NCBI GenBank assembly: GCA_964016885.1
Contig: OZ024740.1
Span: 413,726,001-413,790,000 of the forward strand
DNA: 64,000 bases
Direction: 5' to 3'
Origin: Eledone cirrhosa
Taxonomy: Eukaryota
Positions 57,635 through 64,000 of the stretch are shown here, piece after piece. The stretch's first letter is position 1. Each line of letters starts with the position of its first letter. The notes under the pieces were generated by a model that saw nothing but the letters and a program-made list of their open reading frames with translations, had not been told where the DNA came from and ran no database searches. A program made the translations under genes and the position numbers.

Positions 57635-59460
57635 AACTTTGAATAACTTTGAAATGTTTTGGCCAGTATTGGCCCAGGCCATGTCTAACTTAATAGCACC
57701 ACCTGGCGAAGTCTTTCAATTCAGGATTTGGGCACCATGGCCCATTCGAGAAGAGAATTACTGTTTGCGGAGACATATCCGGGTGTGGGTGGTTTGTCCG
57801 GGATTACTTGGAGGAATTTGTCCAAAGACTTCTTGAATTTTGAGTGGTCAGTTTCTGTTTTGGCGTGTCCTGGTGTGATGTTGAAGAGAGCAGGGCCGAT
57901 TGAGGTGAAATAATTGTGCCGTATTGTTGTTATGAGTTGCGATTTAGATTTTTGAATGGGACGGATAGCACGGGGCCCAAGCCTTGGGTGTATCTTGAAG
58001 GCGATGCCAACATCATTTGGGCAGTGATCATGGAACATTTTCCACATCATGCAGATAATATAACGCTCACGGCGACGTTGGAGTGAGTAAAGTTTCAGGT
58101 TTTCCAATCGACCCCAGTAGTCAAGGTCTGACATGCCATCTATCTTTTTCGTGATTGCCCTTTGAGGAGCTTCAAGTTTCATGATACTTTGTTTCGTGTG
58201 GGGAGACCACAGTGGACAACAGTATTCAAGGTGTGGTCGGGCGAAAGTAGAGAAGAGAAGGATAATGGTGCGGGAATCTCTCGACTGGAAGGTTCTGAGG
58301 ATCCAGGAACACATTCTGCGGGCCATGTCAACTTTGCTGCTTATATGCGTGGTCCAGCTTATGTTGCTGTCCACGGTTACTCCCAAGTCTCTGATGTTGT
58401 TAGATGCCACGAGAGTTTCCCCGGAGGGAAGGGAGTACGGGAGTTTCAGAGCATCCTCTTTTCCAAAGTGGATCAGTTCGAATTTGTCCTCGTTCAGTAA
58501 CATGTTGTTCTTTTCTGCCCATTGGGTAACAGCCAGTAGGTCTGACTGAAGGCTTATCCGGTCATCCACGCCATTGATGACCTTTTGGAGCTTGGAATCA
58601 TCAGCGAAAATTTTAATGTTGCTGTGTTTGATGATGTCAGTGATGTCATTAATATAGATGATGAAGAGAAGTGGGCCCAACACAGTGCCTTGTGGGACTC
58701 CACTACTGACTTTGGCTGGGCTTGATTTGACTCCCTCAACTACAACATGTTGGGTTCTGTTTGACAGGAAGCTCTTGATCCACTGCAGCAGCTTTCCAGT
58801 GACACCAATATTGGACAGCTTTCTCAGTAGAATGTTATGATCAACCCTGTCAAAGGCCTTGCTGAAATCAAGGTAGATAACATCAGTGTTGGAACCCTCT
58901 CCCAAGGCTCTCAAAATGTCATCAAAGTGATGCAGTAGTTGCGTCAGGCAATCCCTTCCATTACGGAATCCATGCTGGTTGGAGTTCAGCATATTGTTAC
59001 TCTCAAGGAAGTGGGTCATTCGCGATCTCACCACTCGCTCAAATACCTTAATGATATGAGAGGTGAGTGAGATTGGACGGTAATTCACGGCAAGGGATTT
59101 GTTTCCCTTTTTGAAAACTGGGACAACAGACTGGGATAGAAGGTTTTCTGGCACATATCCAGCATCTAGTGAGTTCCGCCACAGATTGGCAAGAGGAGAA
59201 GCAAGTTGGTGTTGACACGCCTTCAGGACACAAGCAGGGAACCTATCGGGACCTACTGCTGAATTATGCTTGATTTCCTTTATTGCCGCCAAGACATCAG
59301 GGGCGCCAAACGTTATGTCCGATAAGGTGTAATGGGGAGTAACATCGCCGATACAGCCCAGATCGGCCATATCAGGATTGCTGAAAACAGAGCAGTATTG
59401 TTTCTGCAGTATCTCACCCATGGTTTTAGCATTGTCTTGAAGAGTGCCATTTTCATCAAT
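57635..59460 (-). mobile_element. 5'-truncated CR1-group LINE nested in the family B 3'UTR
   Basis: Open ORF2 RT region, short 3'UTR with a TGGCC/GGCCA stem and a (TTCAAAGTTA)2 tail. Empty site visible at ~50535-50550. Confidence 0.9.
57721..59421 (-). CDS. LINE ORF2 reverse transcriptase (C-terminal 566 aa, endonuclease missing)
   Basis: NYRPISLTS, QHGFR, LDFSKAFDRV, SGVPQGTVLGPLLF, FADDSK, RPHLEYC..WSP, LYSLQRRR. Confidence 0.9.
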   Translation of the reverse strand: MGEILQKQYCSVFSNPDMADLGCIGDVTPHYTLSDITFGAPDVLAAIKEIKHNSAVGPDRFPACVLKACQHQLASPLANLWRNSLDAGYVPENLLSQSVVPVFKKGNKSLAVNYRPISLTSHIIKVFERVVRSRMTHFLESNNMLNSNQHGFRNGRDCLTQLLHHFDDILRALGEGSNTDVIYLDFSKAFDRVDHNILLRKLSNIGVTGKLLQWIKSFLSNRTQHVVVEGVKSSPAKVSSGVPQGTVLGPLLFIIYINDITDIIKHSNIKIFADDSKLQKVINGVDDRISLQSDLLAVTQWAEKNNMLLNEDKFELIHFGKEDALKLPYSLPSGETLVASNNIRDLGVTVDSNISWTTHISSKVDMARRMCSWILRTFQSRDSRTIILLFSTFARPHLEYCCPLWSPHTKQSIMKLEAPQRAITKKIDGMSDLDYWGRLENLKLYSLQRRRERYIICMMWKMFHDHCPNDVGIAFKIHPRLGPRAIRPIQKSKSQLITTIRHNYFTSIGPALFNITPGHAKTETDHSKFKKSLDKFLQVIPDKPPTPGYVSANSNSLLEWAMVPKS

Positions 59461-59777
59461 TTATATATACACATAAGTTATATTATAATAATAAATAATA
59501 TATATATATACACATACAAATATATATATACATAGACATACATATATATATACACACACACACACACTCACATATATATGTGCGCACACGTACACATATA
59601 CACATACACACATATACACATAAACATATACATGTGCATACATGTACATACACACATATACCCACATAGATACGAAGATACACATATATATAGAGAGACA
59701 TACATATACATACACATATATACACACACATACATACACACGTATATATACACACACATACACGCCCACACACATAC

Positions 59778-59809
<32 letters not shown>

Positions 59810-61053
59810 ATACATATATATATATACATACATACACATACATATACATACAATCATACATCCTTATTTGCATGCACATATATGTATTTTTATACTCAGA
59901 TATAAACACCCAAACATGTATACACCTACCTACATATATATTCATACATACACGCTTACAAATACAGATAATAATAGTATGGGGGAAAGGGGGGGTGGAG
60001 AAGGGGATTATAGTAAATATATGTTTCAAGAAACATAGAATATTAATCTGTATTTGGATCTCAATATATGTTTTTACATAGTTTCAGTGTTAGGAAATGC
60101 AAGAAATAAGGCAAAATTATCCATTTCAATATAAGTATACCATTAATTATAGGTTAACTAAACTAAAGATAGTTAACATATTGATTTCTAAGGTGTAAAT
60201 TAGTTAGGTTTATAATATTTGAAGCAGAATTTTGAAGTTAAATAGTAGTAGAGTATTAATTATAGTATAACTAAATTAAAATTATTAACGTTATGGTATC
60301 AATATTAGGAAATGAATTTAGTAATAGGGAAAAAACAAATAAAGTATTACATCGGTAGTAGAATATAAATTATAGGTTAACTAAATTAAAAATTATATAT
60401 TAATTTCTATAGTATATGTTAATTAGGTATATAATAAATAAAACAGATATTGTATTTTATCAATAGCAGAATATAATTATATGCAAACAGAAATCAAAAT
60501 TAATACATATACATATACATATATATACATATATATATATACACATATATATACATACATACACATACATATACATACATACATATACATATTTTTTCAA
60601 AAATTGCAAAGAATATATTAACTAGGTATACATCCAAAACACATCCCATTCTATGATTACATGACACTCTGCAATCCGTCTGTAATAGGATACTAATTTT
60701 AAGCCAATTAAATTAAATTTTTAGGTTGACTAAATTTAAAACCAAATTATAAATATATTTCTAAAATGTATATTAATTAGGTCTATAATACTAAAAATTA
60801 TTTCTCTGTCATTGAATACACGATATTTTGTTATATTTTATCTGTAAAGGAATTTTAATAAAGGGTTAAATAAATTAAAATTAATCTATAAATTAAATTA
60901 CTAAGTATATATTAGTAATATTTAAAGGTTTTTCACAATTTATGATTACACAATATTTTATATTCTCATCTGTAGTAGAATTTTAATTAAATTAAATTTA
61001 TAGGTTAACTAACATTTAAATTAAATTATATATTAATTTCTAAAATAATGTTA

Positions 61054-63515
61054 TTAATTAGGTTTATAATATTTAAATGTTTTTTTTAGTTTATGATTAC
61101 ACGATATAATTAATTCCTGTCGTTTATTTAATAGGATATCCTTAGATTTCATTATTTCAAATAGTTCTTGGGAACATAATCTACATTCATTTCTATTATT
61201 TTGATAAGGGGTGGCTCTTTTGAGCACACTCCAGGTCAAATCATATTCTATATTCTTATTTTTATAACTATTGATTTTTTCTGCTAGAGATGTTGTATTA
61301 GCCAGTGCGGCATTTTTAAAACTATGCTTGTGGGTATTAAACCTTGTCTTAAAATTGTTAGAAGTAGCTCCTATATATGAGCAAATAGAATCTTTAGTTT
61401 TAACACTACATTTATAGACTATGTTGTTAACAAGACAATTCCCTTTTAATGGGCAGTTTGCTTTGTTTCTACAGTTACAACCTTTCGTTAATTCTGTATT
61501 TGAGGAGATATTGTGGTTAGTTTGATGTATTGGTGGTATACTTATGGTTTTCTTACATTTATATGCATTATAGGCACTTATATTTTGTTTTATGTTATTT
61601 GTTGTTGAGTATGAGAATTTAACTGTAGACCTATTTAAGATTTGATGGTATTTGTGGTTTGGCGGGAAGTTTTTCTCTAGGATATAAAAAATTTTTTTAG
61701 CAATATTATCCTTAATTTGTAAATTAAATGGAGCATTATACCAAGTAACCCGTCTATTAGGGTTTCTATGTTGTTTATTATTTTTATTATTTTTATAGGT
61801 TGTATCGTGATGTTTACTAGGAGGATTAATGTTAATGATCTCACCACAACCATTTTTAGTTATATTTGTAGATTTAGGTGTTTTATCTTTTTTATTAGGA
61901 GTTTTATTATTAATATTTATTAGAGTTGTATGATGAGTAGTTTTTTGAGAGTTACTATATTTTATATTAGAAGATTTGGTATTTTGGGGTATAGTGTGGG
62001 TGGCATTTAGGTGTGTACTTTTCATTTGGTGTTTGTTGGTAATATTAGGTTGTATGTTTTTAGTATTTTTAGTAGAAGGTATATATTCTAATCTATTTTT
62101 GTGGCCACTTCTATCTAGAGCTTCGTTATAGAAGGTCGCATTTTTATCAAATACATCTTGGTTAGAAGAAAGGTTAGAAATTCTAAGTGATATATTATAT
62201 GCAAGGTTTTTAAGGATAGATTTAGGGTGATTAGATTGTGAGTGTATGTAATGTAAGTTTTGGTTTGGTTTATGGTAAGGTTGGTAGATACCCGTAGCTA
62301 AATCTAAAGTTATATCTAGGAAATTTACTACTTTACTTGTTTTTTCAAAAGTAATATGAAGATTATAATAGTCTTTAAGGAAAGTTCTAATATGTTTTTT
62401 GTTTTTTTCTATTTCTGAAAGGCTAAGGTTGTTAGAAAGAAGAAGACAGTCATCACGATATAAACCACCTTTAAGGTGGGGAAAGGAGGCATTTATGTTG
62501 AAAAGGAGAAAGAGGCCCACAAGATCAGTAATTTGGGCGGAATCGCTTGAACCCATAGTAATATCAAATAGATTACTATATGTGTTTCTGGTCCAGTATT
62601 CATTCTGAAATTCAATAAGTGTTAGTCTAGCATGTGTAATAATATTAATGTCATCCAAAGTTAAGTTAGATCTATTTTTAGCAAATATCAATGCTTTGTT
62701 CAGGAGTATAGGTGATATAGAAGAATAGTAATTATCTATATCAAATTGTAGAAATGAAGCAGAAGATTTACATCTAATATTTTTAAACCAGTTAATTACC
62801 TGGGAGGTGTTTTCCCAGAGTGGTAAAATAACGTGTTTTCTTATTTGTGGGATGACTCTATCCAAAATTTTTTTGCTAATTATTCCAATATCTGATTTGG
62901 AGGGACATATAAGTCTTATAGAAGGATTTGAGTTAAAGTTTGATTTATGATCCTTCAGGTTGAAGTGTGGTCTTTTCAATGCCAAAGGTTCAGTTCTATC
63001 TTCAATGTTTAGTTTTTTTACTATGTTGTGTGTTTTGTTGTTGATGTTGGTGAGTGACGCATTATTGGATTTTTTATAATTTTTCCTGAGTTCTTTATAT
63101 ATGAACTCATTATAATGTTCAATATCCATTGATACAAGTTACCAGTTTTGTCCGAGTGGACATGGATTTTTTTAGACTTTTTTAGGTCCAATAGGGTAGA
63201 ATCAAGGTCCTTTTGAAAGACGGATTTATACTTTTTAAATTTGAGGTGTTTAATTAAATTAAAAAGGTCTTTCTCAAAGTCTTCAAGTAAAGAGTTGTGT
63301 GGTGGATTCTTGTAAGTATTGAAATCATACATATATTTCCGATCTGCATGTTTAGATTTTTTATCGAAGTGGTAGGCCCTCCATCTAACCCTTCTGATAA
63401 AATTATTAGTTTTTTGAATCATAAGGAGTAAGAAGTCATCCTTAGAAGGTATTGGTATGTTCTTTAAAGAGGTTCCCAAATATTGTTTTTCCATTGTGAT
63501 ATGGATGATGGACAA
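61054..63515 (-). pseudogene. Naiad-type RT-GIY-YIG polyprotein, intact except for one 1-bp frameshift near 63130
   Basis: The 164-aa and 691-aa ORFs join (GNLY[H]MDI in family A). Motifs GGLYRDD, CNCRNKANCPLKGNCL, VYKC..YIGAT, CRLC, LLNKRQEL..CNH. Confidence 0.92.
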
Positions 63516-64000
63516 TTGAAAGAGCTCAACTAAATGTATATGGGTTTACAAAATCATACATATATATGTATATACATAAATATAAAATTAATACACACAT
63601 ACAATACAAAAATACGAATATTTCCGTGAAAATAGGAGCAAAATTATGTAGATAAATCTACCAAGAGTTTACGGTAGTGTCCAATCCGTATGAAGAACTC
63701 AATGTATTCCGGATATCATGGAAAGAAGAGATGCAATGAAAAATCACTTTCGGTGAAAGATAAACGGAATACAGAGTCAAGATAAAATATTAAAAAAATA
63801 ATGAATAAAACAATGAAACAGTTCCTTATATTAAACAAAAAAAGTTCATTATTTAACGATCGTTTCTAGGATATATATGTGTTAGAATTGGCATGCATAT
63901 TCAACAGATCTATGTACAAAATTATACAAAATTATACAAACTATCAAGATTAAATATACATACCAAACACACATATATGCCGTCTTCAGAAATAATGAAA

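Larger units (their letters stand above)
55222..64000 (-). mobile_element. Naiad family B full-length copy with upstream pseudo-LTR (63647-64000), carrying nested insertions
   Basis: ORF 63515 to 61054 with one frameshift. 63782-64000 directly repeats 55222-55440. Runs off the window edge. Confidence 0.93.

Overview
AT-rich eukaryotic (animal) DNA. The SINE types and the (TA)n/(CA)n load suggest a cephalopod such as Octopus, but that is an inference. No host gene could be confidently assembled. By eye, roughly 70-75% of the window is Penelope-like retroelement (PLE) DNA, with inserts separated by (TA)n tracts. Protein-coding PLEs are three Naiad-type families (A, B, F), one Neptune/Nematis-like family (C) and one Poseidon-like family (E), all RT + GIY-YIG and mostly arranged as inverted arm pairs. 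There are also many non-coding mini-insertions and three tandem retrozyme-like units, a 5'-truncated CR1-type LINE, and about ten tRNA-derived SINEs. Most small ORFs in the track are microsatellite artefacts. Main observations: (1) about ten otherwise unrelated families share a 3' tail architecture: hammerhead, then a fixed internal endpoint, then an ACTC...GAGT stem (GCTC...GAGC in family F), then about 45-80 nt to the outer end. (2) One 3.7-kb arm is almost exactly one circularly permuted monomer, and other inserts read through the hammerhead, which suggests a circular or tandem RNA template. (3) There is a diverse set of hammerhead ribozymes, including a long-stem-II variant. (4) Fold-back duplications of flanking DNA are centred on (TA)n. 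(5) Kilobases of apparent microsatellite are conserved 3'UTR cargo of one PLE family.
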